The notes beneath the pieces were generated by a model. It was not told the origin of the DNA. It worked only from the letters and a program-made list of their open reading frames with translations, and ran no database searches. Shown here in pieces: positions 8,701-18,000 of a stretch of 42,664 nucleotides of DNA; the stretch's first letter is position 1; each line of letters starts with the position of its first letter. Source of the DNA: a virus (lineage: Duplodnaviria > Heunggongvirae > Uroviricota > Caudoviricetes). The DNA is taken from the IMG/VR virus record IMGVR_UViG_3300028832_000111; one strand, written 5' to 3'. A program made the translations under genes and the position numbers.

Positions 8701-9099
8701 TTAATAGTTAGCCATAATAGCGTCTGCTGTCTCGGCGCACATGCGACGGAACTGACAGAACTCCCTGAAAGTCTGTATGTGACTCTCGTCCAGACTCTCC
8801 TTGAACTTAGCCCATGAGGTTGCATCTGCAGCCCCCTCGATGATGGCATCGACAGCGTTCATCAGCAGACCGAACTCATCCTTTTGGGCGTAACCAGCCT
8901 CAATGAGTTGGCTCTTGATATGACCGTAGTCGATGAGATCGTCTATCTGGGTCTGAATGAAGGAGTAACCCTGAATCTCGTTACCCTCCTCGTCCAACCA
9001 TACATCTTCACGGATGTCCATACATACGATACGGGTGTTCTTGTCATACACCGCCGGACGCTCTGTGCTGAAACGTCTCTGATAGTTACCTACTTTCAT
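8701..9099 (-). CDS. acidic 132-aa protein, possible tail-fibre assembly factor
   Basis: ORF track; lies between the RT and the fibre; function inferred from position only. Confidence 0.6.
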   Translation of the reverse strand: MKVGNYQRRFSTERPAVYDKNTRIVCMDIREDVWLDEEGNEIQGYSFIQTQIDDLIDYGHIKSQLIEAGYAQKDEFGLLMNAVDAIIEGAADATSWAKFKESLDESHIQTFREFCQFRRMCAETADAIMANY

Positions 9100-9111
9100 A
9101 ATCTAAAATGT

Positions 9112-10551
9112 TTAATCGTTATTACCGAAATTCACTAATGTGCCGTCCTCGAACACCGTCTCGTTGTTGCCGTTCAGACTCACCTGACGACCGTCAACCT
9201 CCAGTATCTCGGTACGCTTCTCATCTATGCCGTAACGCAACGAGCCCCTGTCCACAAACACCGTCCTGAACTTCGTCACATGGTTACGTGTCATGTCCTC
9301 CAGGAAGGTCTTTATCTCCTTGGCGTTGACAATGAGCTTGTACGAGTCACCCATGAACAAAACCCTGACAGCGAAACGACCGGGACCCTGCGCGGTGGTG
9401 ATATTGGGTATCCATCTGGTTATCTCGACGGACTTGTCGAGCAGCATACCCATACTTATCTTCTTGTCTTCGAGGAAAGGTTGCCCGTTGGCATCCACAC
9501 TCTCAGTGCGCTTGATGCCGCTCTTACTGTAAGGAACCATTTTCTTGTCTTTCTTCTTGATCTCCCTCCCGGTCTTCATCTCCCACAGACGATGACAGTC
9601 CTTGTTACCCCATTTGAGCATACCCCATGCCGCATCATCCAACTCACGCAAACGCTTGGGATTGGTGACACGCGCACGATGTCTGAGCCAGCGTCTCTTG
9701 TTGGCCTTACGCCACCACATACCGTTACGGGTGCTATCAAAGACGAAACCCATCATGTTGATGCCTTCGCTGATACGGTGTATCTTAGGAACATGAAGCT
9801 CGAAGCCGATGGAGTTGAGGAAAGCCTCCGCCTCCCTGAACTTCTTCTTAACCTCACCCTTCGTGGCACCGGTAAACATGAAGTCATCAAGGTAACGGAC
9901 ATAATCCTCTGCCTTGACCTTCTCCAGCATGTGGTGGTCGAAGTCATACAACGCCAGGTTGCCTGCCGTCTGACTCGGACGGATACCCAACGGGATTCCT
10001 ACGCCATCTTCTGCGAATTTCTCGAACGGCTCCATAAAAGCATCAACCAGCTTCTTGTCCTTGAACAGCGCGTCAAGCTGCTTGCGGAGAAGAGCGTGAG
10101 GAATATGCTCGTAGTACTTCACGATATCACACTGACAGTACCAGCGCGTCTCGTTTTTGTACTTACGGCATATATCCCTGATGTGTAATGCACAGGCGAT
10201 TTGTCCGTACCCCTGCCGACTGGCATAGGTATGACGAATCAGAGCCCTGTCCACCCTCCTGTTGACTGCCAGTGTCAGCAGCTGATGCTCGATGTGCGAG
10301 GGGTGAAAATCCAGCTTCGCGATATCACGCATCTTATCCTGACCGCTTATGCGTTGCTCGTGCTTGTATTTGCCCGTACACATACGCTCCTCAAGAACCA
10401 TGTTCTGTATTTCTATGAGGTTCTGCCAGCGATGCTCGATATGAAGGACAACACCACGGTTTTCCTTCTTACGCTTGGTGGATATAGCCTCAGCCTCGAC
10501 GATGAGCATCCAATCACCCATCTGCTGATATAAACAACCAACTCTTTTCAT
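9112..10551 (-). CDS. DGR reverse transcriptase with ~142-aa C-terminal extension, 479 aa
   Basis: MKR.G.LY N-terminus, CDIVKYY, GIPLGIRPSQ (DGR-type SQ motif), YVRYLDDF (YLDD at 9883-9894), GINMMGF; 213 nt downstream of the TR. Confidence 0.95.
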   Translation of the reverse strand: MKRVGCLYQQMGDWMLIVEAEAISTKRKKENRGVVLHIEHRWQNLIEIQNMVLEERMCTGKYKHEQRISGQDKMRDIAKLDFHPSHIEHQLLTLAVNRRVDRALIRHTYASRQGYGQIACALHIRDICRKYKNETRWYCQCDIVKYYEHIPHALLRKQLDALFKDKKLVDAFMEPFEKFAEDGVGIPLGIRPSQTAGNLALYDFDHHMLEKVKAEDYVRYLDDFMFTGATKGEVKKKFREAEAFLNSIGFELHVPKIHRISEGINMMGFVFDSTRNGMWWRKANKRRWLRHRARVTNPKRLRELDDAAWGMLKWGNKDCHRLWEMKTGREIKKKDKKMVPYSKSGIKRTESVDANGQPFLEDKKISMGMLLDKSVEITRWIPNITTAQGPGRFAVRVLFMGDSYKLIVNAKEIKTFLEDMTRNHVTKFRTVFVDRGSLRYGIDEKRTEILEVDGRQVSLNGNNETVFEDGTLVNFGNND

Positions 10552-10764
10552 CCGTCACTTGCTTTCATTTCTACGTGAAGCGTTCAAATCCCTTTCAGGC
10601 TTACTAACACCACAGTCGGCAGGGCTGACCCAAATCCGCGCAAGAGGATGTTGTTTTGACCACACGTGCCTCTCTGGACACGCTGCCAAGGCTCGCAGAA
10701 CCCGGATGCTTTCCCATGACGCAGTACTAACACCCTAATAAAATTCAAGTCTATAAATGAAGTT
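10552..10764 (-). ncRNA. DGR RNA spacer between TR and RT
   Basis: Non-coding interval in the position of the DGR spacer (Sp) required for priming in BPP-1-type systems. It contains CCTTGGCAG, GGTCAAAA and GTGTTAGTA segments that resemble, from memory, DGR spacer motifs. Confidence 0.55.
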
Positions 10765-10873
10765 AGACGAGCCGAGATGTTCGAGTTCGAGTTCGACCAG
10801 ACGTTGTTCGAGTTCGCATACGCGAGACCGCAATTCGCACCGTTGTTCGAGTTGCCGCCGAACAGCCACAGCT
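10765..10873 (-). repeat. DGR template repeat (TR)
   Basis: 109 bp, reads LWLFGGNSNNGANCGLAYANSNNVWSNSNSNISARL with 10 AAY codons; 96/109 identical to VR. Confidence 0.97.
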
Positions 10874-10946
10874 TAAGTACCGTTATGCCTACCATCGGAG
10901 TGAATGGATTTTTCACGCTTTTATGGAACCCTCCTTTGAAGAGGGA

Positions 10947-11011
10947 TGTAGAGATCGTTAATGTTTCAGTTTATTCTCACTATTGTTTGTTTCCAGAATT
11001 TTGGTAATCCG
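10947..11011 (-). promoter_or_regulatory. copy 3 of the bipartite late-type motif, upstream of TR
   Basis: GATTACCAAAAT (10998-11009; 12-bp exact match to 35120-35131), 45-nt spacer, ATCTCTACA (10947-10955; 8/9 match to ATCTTTACA). Confidence 0.55.
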
Positions 11012-11028
11012 CGCCCTTAGAGGGCGCG
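11010..11028. promoter_or_regulatory. GC-rich hairpin/cruciform downstream of the DGR target gene
   Basis: CGCGCCCT-TAG-AGGGCGCG: 8-bp stem, 3-nt loop, 8 nt past the target stop codon. Such hairpins are established DGR homing elements. Confidence 0.8.
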
Positions 11029-11036
11029 TTTCCCAA

Positions 11037-12395
11037 TCACGATGCTAATTCTCTGAACCTCTGTGCGGTTACACGGTTGATAGGTCCATAATAAGCAAGA
11101 CGAGCCGAGATGTACGAGGCCGAGGCCGACCAGACGGCGTTCGAGTTCGCACACGCGAGACCGCAATCCGCACCGTAGTGCGAGGAGCCGCCGAACAGCC
11201 ACAGCTGTCCTGATGCATCGTAGGAGAAGTAGTCATTGTAGGTGACGCCTGAGAGAGTCTGCTTGGGTATCATATATGTGCCCTGTCCGTTGACAGATGA
11301 CACTATATTCATGCCTGTAGCGCTCGTTGAGGTGGCACGCTGCAACAACACATGCTCGACGTGTGCGAACGTTTCCGCCGTAGGAGTGCCGGTAGGCATG
11401 AAGTTATGACGCCAGCAATAGACATCGGTGGCACCGACAGAGCAGAGACCCTGAACCATCTCCCAATACTGACCCCAAGGGTTCTCGAAGCCAGCGACAT
11501 TCACTGAGTGGCAGTCACCGTTCTCGGAATCCTTGACAGTGACCTTACCGTCATTCCTTCCGAGTGACAGTGTGGCACCGGTCTTGATGTTCTTCTGACG
11601 GGTGAATCCGTCACTGGCTGAACTGGTTGTGTTCTCTGAGCCGTCAAGACCCACACCCCAAACGAGTGTGCCGTCACCGTTCTTACAACCCTGTGAGTCA
11701 CGCCATCCATACTTGCTCATCATGTGATAGAGCAGGTAGTTGCGGAAATCAAGATTGGCAAGACCATGATTGAGGGACCGGGCCTGAGCCTGATTCCAGA
11801 AGGTGTTGATGGTCTTGTTATTATCCGGCACCATACCCGGCAGAGAGCGCATCTTACCGCTCACCACGGATGCCTTGAACTTACCGACCACCAGACGAGG
11901 CAGGATATGAGCCAACGGAAGCTCGCTGAGGGATTCCCAGGTACGCTGTATGGTGGTAGCACCGACAGTGACATCCTGGATACGCTCGTATGACTGCGGA
12001 CGTATATGCATGAAGTCACCGTGAGCATACTCACTCTTGACAGTACCGTCCGCATTAAGGACATAATCGCCCTCAACGGTATAACGGCAGTCATCGGGAT
12101 TGAGAAGGCAGTAGTTACCCTTGTCATCCATGAGGACATCCAGACCGGCATCCTCCCAGAGCTGACGCATGTGCTCGTTACCACCCACATCAACACGTGC
12201 GCTACCCAGAGCGCTCGCTTTGTTGATATCCATGTAGAACGCAAGGTCGTGAAGGACCTGCTCATCGTTGTCGTTAAGGTGTTCGCTGAACTCCTTAACA
12301 GTCATTTGTCCCGCCTCATTACCGAAGATACCCATGATGGTATCGGTGTCACTGAGCTGATGTACGTAAGGGACATCTGAGATTTGTACATTCAT
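11037..12395 (-). CDS. DGR target: C-type-lectin-fold adhesin / tail fibre tip (Mtd-like), 452 aa
   Basis: GFENPWGQYWEM and C-terminal WLFGG...SARL motifs; VR at the 3' end. Confidence 0.92.
   Translation of the reverse strand: MNVQISDVPYVHQLSDTDTIMGIFGNEAGQMTVKEFSEHLNDNDEQVLHDLAFYMDINKASALGSARVDVGGNEHMRQLWEDAGLDVLMDDKGNYCLLNPDDCRYTVEGDYVLNADGTVKSEYAHGDFMHIRPQSYERIQDVTVGATTIQRTWESLSELPLAHILPRLVVGKFKASVVSGKMRSLPGMVPDNNKTINTFWNQAQARSLNHGLANLDFRNYLLYHMMSKYGWRDSQGCKNGDGTLVWGVGLDGSENTTSSASDGFTRQKNIKTGATLSLGRNDGKVTVKDSENGDCHSVNVAGFENPWGQYWEMVQGLCSVGATDVYCWRHNFMPTGTPTAETFAHVEHVLLQRATSTSATGMNIVSSVNGQGTYMIPKQTLSGVTYNDYFSYDASGQLWLFGGSSHYGADCGLACANSNAVWSASASYISARLAYYGPINRVTAQRFRELAS
11098..11206 (-). 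repeat. DGR variable repeat (VR)
   Basis: Reads LWLFGGSSHYGADCGLACANSNAVWSASASYISARL; all 13 differences from TR fall on TR adenines. Confidence 0.97.
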
Positions 12396-12426
12396 AATCT
12401 ATAATTGTTTAATTAAGGTGTTGTAA

Positions 12427-13521
12427 TCAGAAAGTCGCTGTGACGTCCACATCGACGTCACCATAGTAAGCACCCTGTCCCTGACCGCATACCGCATAAG
12501 CAGGAACCAGCGTTACGACAGCACCGGTGCCGGTGTGTGTAATGACACCCTCTGCGTTGATGACATCCCATGAATATGTCACCGCACCCGTATAGACTAC
12601 GTTGTTGCGCAGGAGTGAGAGGTTATAGACAGCGTTATGTGTCGGTGAGAGGTATGCAGCGTTACCGGTGATAGTCTCGTCGAGCGTCTGCATGATCTGG
12701 TACTCGTCGGCGGTGTCATGTATGGTGACGCTATCCACTGCCACCACATTACCGTTCTTGTACAGCTTGGCAATGAAGACGTTACTGCCGGTGACATCAG
12801 ACCTCGACACGGTGATGGAAGCAGTGGTCAGACCGGTATCGGTAGTACCCTTGAACCACTTGATGGTATAACCATTCTGTCCTATAGTGACCGGATTGCC
12901 ACCATAGTAACAGTGAGCGGTGAGGGTAGCCTGTGTGGTGGTCTTATCCAACTCCACGGTGTTGGCTGTGACCTGCATAGCATGGTTGCTCGCGCCACTG
13001 GACATGATGATGACATCGACGCTACCTTCAACGGTGTCGGTCATCTGGTTGCTGGCATAGCTCACCTCATAGCTGATCTGTGTGTTGGCGATGTGATTCG
13101 GGTCAGCGAGGTTGCCGATGATACGCAGCTGCCAGTAGGTGACAGGATTGGCACCGGAAGTGGTGTATATCCTTGCCTGGAACTTAGCGTTGTTGGTAGC
13201 TGTAGTCCATGAAGAGCCGATGCTGGAGAACTGCAGCGCCGTGCCGTCGTATTTCCATGTGACACCGGTTATCTCAGCGGGATAACCCGATGCGGAACGG
13301 ACACGTAACTGTATGATAGGCTGAGCCGCTATGATAGCAGCCTGCTCATCTCCTGACGTGCCGGTGGCATCCCAGTTCGGTGTGATAGCATGGGATACGG
13401 AATCAACACTCTGGAAGAGTGGCACGCCGTCACCCGCGTCATTGATGACATCACGCAGGACAATAATCTGGTCTCCGTTTCTGAGGAAGCGGACGGAGAA
13501 AGCCGCACCTGTCGTACTCAT
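12427..13521 (-). CDS. tail/baseplate-associated protein with Ig-like beta domains, 364 aa
   Basis: Thr/Val-rich beta-strand patterns (TLTA.C.Y, IKWFKG, YSWDV); located within the tail module. Confidence 0.7.
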   Translation of the reverse strand: MSTTGAAFSVRFLRNGDQIIVLRDVINDAGDGVPLFQSVDSVSHAITPNWDATGTSGDEQAAIIAAQPIIQLRVRSASGYPAEITGVTWKYDGTALQFSSIGSSWTTATNNAKFQARIYTTSGANPVTYWQLRIIGNLADPNHIANTQISYEVSYASNQMTDTVEGSVDVIIMSSGASNHAMQVTANTVELDKTTTQATLTAHCYYGGNPVTIGQNGYTIKWFKGTTDTGLTTASITVSRSDVTGSNVFIAKLYKNGNVVAVDSVTIHDTADEYQIMQTLDETITGNAAYLSPTHNAVYNLSLLRNNVVYTGAVTYSWDVINAEGVITHTGTGAVVTLVPAYAVCGQGQGAYYGDVDVDVTATF

Positions 13522-13526
13522 TTCGT

Positions 13527-13736
13527 TTATTTCTTGTTGGTTAATTCGTTAAACACCTCTGCTTCGGTCATCACCCTGCCACCGAGCAACGTTGCCGCGA
13601 CATGAATGTCAGAGTCCACGACCTTCAGTTCCTTCTCGTTTACCACCATCTGTCTGCAGTCCTGCGTCAAGCGGTGGAAGGCGGGGACAAATCCGTAATC
13701 CTCGCCTTTCTTCGTGTCAATGATTGAATAGAGCAT
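13527..13736 (-). CDS. small hypothetical tail-module protein, 69 aa
   Basis: ORF track; fills the gap exactly. Confidence 0.7.
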   Translation of the reverse strand: MLYSIIDTKKGEDYGFVPAFHRLTQDCRQMVVNEKELKVVDSDIHVAATLLGGRVMTEAEVFNELTNKK

Positions 13737-13740
13737 ATTA

Positions 13741-15078
13741 TCAGCCGATTAGAATGTTACCATGTGTGTCGGTGAGGATGTCATTACCTATCGCCAGAGG
13801 CTCATAAGCGCCGTTGTCGTTGTAGTCCCATACAGGTTCGCCGTTGGCATCTCTCTGCACCTCATGTGTCGATGGGTCGATGACCGGACGCAGACGTCCG
13901 TGAGGAATGATGTCAAGCCAATACTCGAAGAAGCTGTCGTTCTTCGTGACTCCGATGCCGAGCTTGGATATCTCAGCATTCAGGTAGGGACCCCTCTGCC
14001 ATGTCTTGACAGCACCATAGCTCCATGTGCCGCTGCTCAGCACCTTAGCCTGTGTGAACCACTGGATGAGGTAATAGAGGTCGGCATATTCGACCGAGCG
14101 GTCGTTGAGCAACACTACTGCGGTGTTGCTGTACATCACCTGTGAGGGGTTGATGTCAGCAGCACGCAGACCCTGCGCCCAACGCGGCATGGTGCATTGC
14201 GTGGTGAGACCGATAGTGGCACGTGCGATTATCTCCGAGTTCTGGAGGAACTGCACCTCATACTCACCCTTGGAGATGAGCCTCATGTCGAAGGTGATGA
14301 GAGGGAACGTAGCCGCCAGCAGCTCCGGTGATGTGTTGGATGCCGGTGAGAGCGGAGTTGATGTGCCGAGCTTCACCACACGCATGGTGACGCCGGTCGG
14401 TAACGTCTGCAGGCTGGTGTCGCCTTTCATCAGCAGTACCGTAACCGTCTGCTCGAACGCCTGGCTGTTGATATGTGACGCACGTGTGCCGGTGACGGTG
14501 ATGCCACGAGCCACCTTGTAGTCGTATAGCAGCAGGTCATCGAAGAGCGGGTCATAGGTGATGATAGGCTTATCGACAGAACAGGTGATGCTGTCCTCGC
14601 CTTTGTCGGTGGTGGTGAGAGCAAGGTCATTACTCTCCACACCGTAGATCATACCTGTACGCCAGTCCTCAAACTGACCCTTGAAACGCAGCACCACCTT
14701 CTCATTGGCGGGTATGTTCACATAGATGGTCAATGCGCCGCGCACATCCGTAGCGGTGGTGTTGATGACGTAATCCACGCCTGCAGTCCACACTTCGGCG
14801 ATAGGCTCTTCATTGACTAACCACTCCAGCGTACCCAGGTACTCGTTCGCCGGTCCGTGATGGAAGATGTTATCCGGATCAACGGCGCGGACATCAGGGA
14901 AGATGACCGTTGGCGTCAGCGCTCTGTTAGGGTTATAGACAGGAGATGCACCCGTAGAATCCACCGACTGAGCGGCAGGTGACGCGGGTGTCTGACAGAC
15001 CAGTTCACAGCTCACTGTCAGCGGCTGGAACTTAACCCTTGTATGGGTTCTTGGTGATGTAAATCTGTTCTCGTTCAT
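13741..15078 (-). CDS. tail/baseplate-associated protein, 445 aa
   Basis: The ORF track starts at 15138, overlapping the hub gene; ATG at 15078 (MNENRF) removes the overlap. Confidence 0.75.
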   Translation of the reverse strand: MNENRFTSPRTHTRVKFQPLTVSCELVCQTPASPAAQSVDSTGASPVYNPNRALTPTVIFPDVRAVDPDNIFHHGPANEYLGTLEWLVNEEPIAEVWTAGVDYVINTTATDVRGALTIYVNIPANEKVVLRFKGQFEDWRTGMIYGVESNDLALTTTDKGEDSITCSVDKPIITYDPLFDDLLLYDYKVARGITVTGTRASHINSQAFEQTVTVLLMKGDTSLQTLPTGVTMRVVKLGTSTPLSPASNTSPELLAATFPLITFDMRLISKGEYEVQFLQNSEIIARATIGLTTQCTMPRWAQGLRAADINPSQVMYSNTAVVLLNDRSVEYADLYYLIQWFTQAKVLSSGTWSYGAVKTWQRGPYLNAEISKLGIGVTKNDSFFEYWLDIIPHGRLRPVIDPSTHEVQRDANGEPVWDYNDNGAYEPLAIGNDILTDTHGNILIG

Positions 15079-15085
15079 ATCGTTG

Positions 15086-18000
15086 TTATGCGTAATAATT
15101 TGCTTCTGCAGATGCAGCTGATACACCTGAGACCTCATCGGTTGCCGTCACCGTAAACACCGCGAGGAGCTTACGGATACCGTCGATACCGAGGTCATTG
15201 AATGAAATCTGGAAGGGATTGGTGACAGACGTATGCTGTGCGTTCCATACGGCGTCAGAGGCGGCATCGCCCGTGTTCCTGACCACAGAGTAGTGTGTGA
15301 ACTGTGAGGTCTTATCGGCGTTATAGCCGTCTTTCACCGTGACGGTGACGGTCTCTGTCTCACCGGGGGCGAGCGAGCCGTTGAGTGACTGGTCAATCTC
15401 ACAGTGATAACCCAGACGCTCGAACTGGTCTATCTCTCCGAAGATGTAGGCGTTACCCATGACAACACCGACACCGGAGAAAGTCTTCAGGTAAGGCTGA
15501 CCCTGTTCATCGATAGCAGGCATGGAGAAGCCGTCAAGATGACCACGTATGTAGTAATAGTTGGAAGGCTGGAACTCCCATGTGTTGACACCGGTCAGTG
15601 CCACCGAGTAACGGGTAGTGCTGTAGATGAACGCCTGACGGTCGGTGTTACTTACGTTACCGCGTCCTGCGAAATGCATACCCTCGAAGGGATGTATGCC
15701 GTTACCACCCTCGTTCTGTCCGCGCAGCACGTATGTGAAGGTCTCGTTCCTGTCACCGCTGACGCTGGTGATGAGGAAATAGACGGTCTTGAATCCCGCG
15801 AAGAGGAAGTTACCCCTGTTGTCATCAGAGGTGGTCTGTGCGTTACCCGACTGATCATGCCAGATACCCATACACAAGTCACCGACAGCGATTGCACCGA
15901 CCTCACCATCTTCGAGATGCAAGGTGCAGGTGCCGGTCTCTGAACCGTCATTGGGTTCCACGGTGTCGATGATACCACCGCCGAAGGTGTCCCACCGGAT
16001 TCCGGTATAGATGCTGACACGGTTATACCGCAGTTCCGGAACCTCCAGCCATTCCCATAGCTTAAGACCACGCATCTCACCGTAGCCGTTTTCGTCGATA
16101 GCTGCACCCGCACCCATGAGACCGGGCTGGTAGTTTTCACCAATACGTATGCCTCTGTTGAACCCTATACGTCCCTTGGCCGTGTCATCGAACCGCTTGG
16201 ACAGGAAGTCCTGACGTGCGGGGCTGTCCGGGTCAAGGTCATGTGCCGTATCTGCACGTTCGGCGTGCTTGACATTGGCTTTCTCCAGACGGTTGAACAT
16301 CGTCTCGTTGGCGATACGGTCAACGGTACGTGTTATCTTCTTCAGCGTGGATTGCTGTATGTCATCATTGAGTTTGAGCTCGACCTTCGGAGTCAAGCCC
16401 TCACCCATGCTTATCTGAACGCTCTCAATGGTGATATCAACCTCGGGTAGTGTCTGCTGTCCTTCAATCGGTATGCCGAAGAAGGAGAACTTCATACCTG
16501 CATAGAGACGCCAGAAGATGCTGTCCTCCTCCTGTCCTGCCGCTACCATACGGTCATAGTTACGCTGCAGGAAGATGTCATCAAGGACAGGCTGATAGAT
16601 GAAACGTGTCACGCTGTTCAGTGACAGCCATTCGGTAGCGGCATCGAGCAGTCTCACCTCGGCGGCTTCGATATAAGCGTCCGGCAGGTTGATACCTGTC
16701 AGCACGAAACGGTCGCCCGCCTGTATGGTGTCGTTGGAACTCGGATAGTATGTACCCAGACCGTCATCCTTGGCTCGTGCCAGACGCAGCATGTAACCTT
16801 TCTTACCATCGTATGTCACCTCCTCGACGCCACTCAGGATCTCAAACTCACGTCCCATACATGAACCGCTCTTCATGGACAGCTTGGGTGTGTCGGTGCC
16901 GAACTGAGCCTCTATGTTGAAGCCCATATCCTTGACGAAGAGATGGAAGTCCTCGCTGGCGGTGGCATCGCTGACACCCTTCCAGATGTAGATAGGTTCG
17001 TATTTGTCATTTTCGGGATTATAGTTGACCCGAGCTGTGAAGTTGATATGTGTCGAACCTGTCTCACTCAGCTGCAAGACAGGTATGAAATTCACCGTGA
17101 TATCCGAATAGGCAGTGACCTGTATGAGAGAGGACGGTACGGTCTGTCCGTCAAGAGGGACGGGGAATGCCGTCATCTCCATCATGCCGGTACAGTTCTC
17201 ATAGATGGATGCAAAGGCTTCAGTGGTATAACTGAATATCGTTGTCTCTACACCTGTGTTCTTGTTGGTCTGTACCACCTCGATACGGTACTTGACCTTC
17301 ACCATACCCTGCCATGACTCGGTACGTTGCACCCTGAAGATGAAATACGGGACCTGGTTGGCTTGCGGGGTGAAGAAGTAATTACCGGGTGACACATCCT
17401 GTACGGAGAACAGCTTACGAGAAGGTCCTCTCCATTCCTTGGTGGTGTTACCGCTCCAGTGGAAATCGTTATAACCGGTGCCGGTGGTGAAGGTGAGTAC
17501 CCGAGCGGCGACAACAGCCTTCTTTGCATTGGCGTTATCCTCACTCTCGGTCAGGACACCATCACCGACGTTAGCGTCATCCGTAAGCGTGCCGTCAACA
17601 TAATGACCTATCGCCAGTAGCTCGTCAATACGCTCGTTACCGTTATAGTTGGGATAAGCGGACTGTCCGGTCTGCTCATCCTGGTCAGGCACACCGGCAT
17701 CACGCAGCTCGCTTATCTTGACACCCTCGATGGTGGGGTATATCTCAGGTACGTCACCCGAGCCGTCAAATACCACGCTGCCTTCACGCACACCCTCATC
17801 CGAGGCAGCGGCGTTATTGCCTTTCTCTATGTAGGAGTCGTTGGCGGGACCCAGCACGGCATTGAGGGCGCTGCTTCTCGCGTTGTTACGAGCCCATTTG
17901 GTATAACCCTGTGCGTCGGGTGTGTCGGTAGGATCACCTTCGGGAAGGAATGTACCGGGGAGCTGCAGGTTGGCAGGGAACAGAGCCTGTGACACCAGAC

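Larger units (their letters stand above)
9112..12395 (-). mobile_element. diversity-generating retroelement (target-VR, hairpin, TR, spacer, RT)
   Basis: RT plus a TR/VR pair with adenine-specific mismatches, plus a GC-rich hairpin downstream of the target gene. Confidence 0.97.

Noticed and set aside
8701-9099. 132-aa ORF as the missing Avd
   Set aside because: It is strongly acidic and downstream of the RT, whereas Avd proteins are basic four-helix bundles usually upstream of TR. Kept as a possible fibre-assembly factor.
9280-10188. Long antisense ORFs (9280..10188, 28240..29064, 36049..36792, 37956..38759, 39846..40616 and similar)
   Set aside because: They lie fully opposite clear genes, lack recognisable motifs, and are expected shadows of the codon bias.
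9112-10551. RT as group II intron, retron or defence RT
   Set aside because: It has the SQ motif, an adjacent TR/VR pair with adenine-only mismatches, and no maturase/HNH domain or intron boundaries.
10771-10860. CGAGTT/TCGAAC tandem repeats and the TTGCAA array as CRISPR arrays
   Set aside because: The repeats are 6-mers without unique spacers, and there are no cas genes. The first set is the Ser-Asn codon pattern of the TR.
10584-10916. 110-aa ORF spanning the TR
   Set aside because: It is the TR read in the VR frame, which is stop-free because TR mirrors coding sequence, plus spacer. There is no sign of a real protein, and it is not Avd.
15079-15138. Upstream starts given by the ORF track (15138, 19569, 35161, 3175)
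   Set aside because: They overlap neighbouring genes or promoter elements; downstream ATGs at 15078, 19614, 35206 and 3160 fit better.
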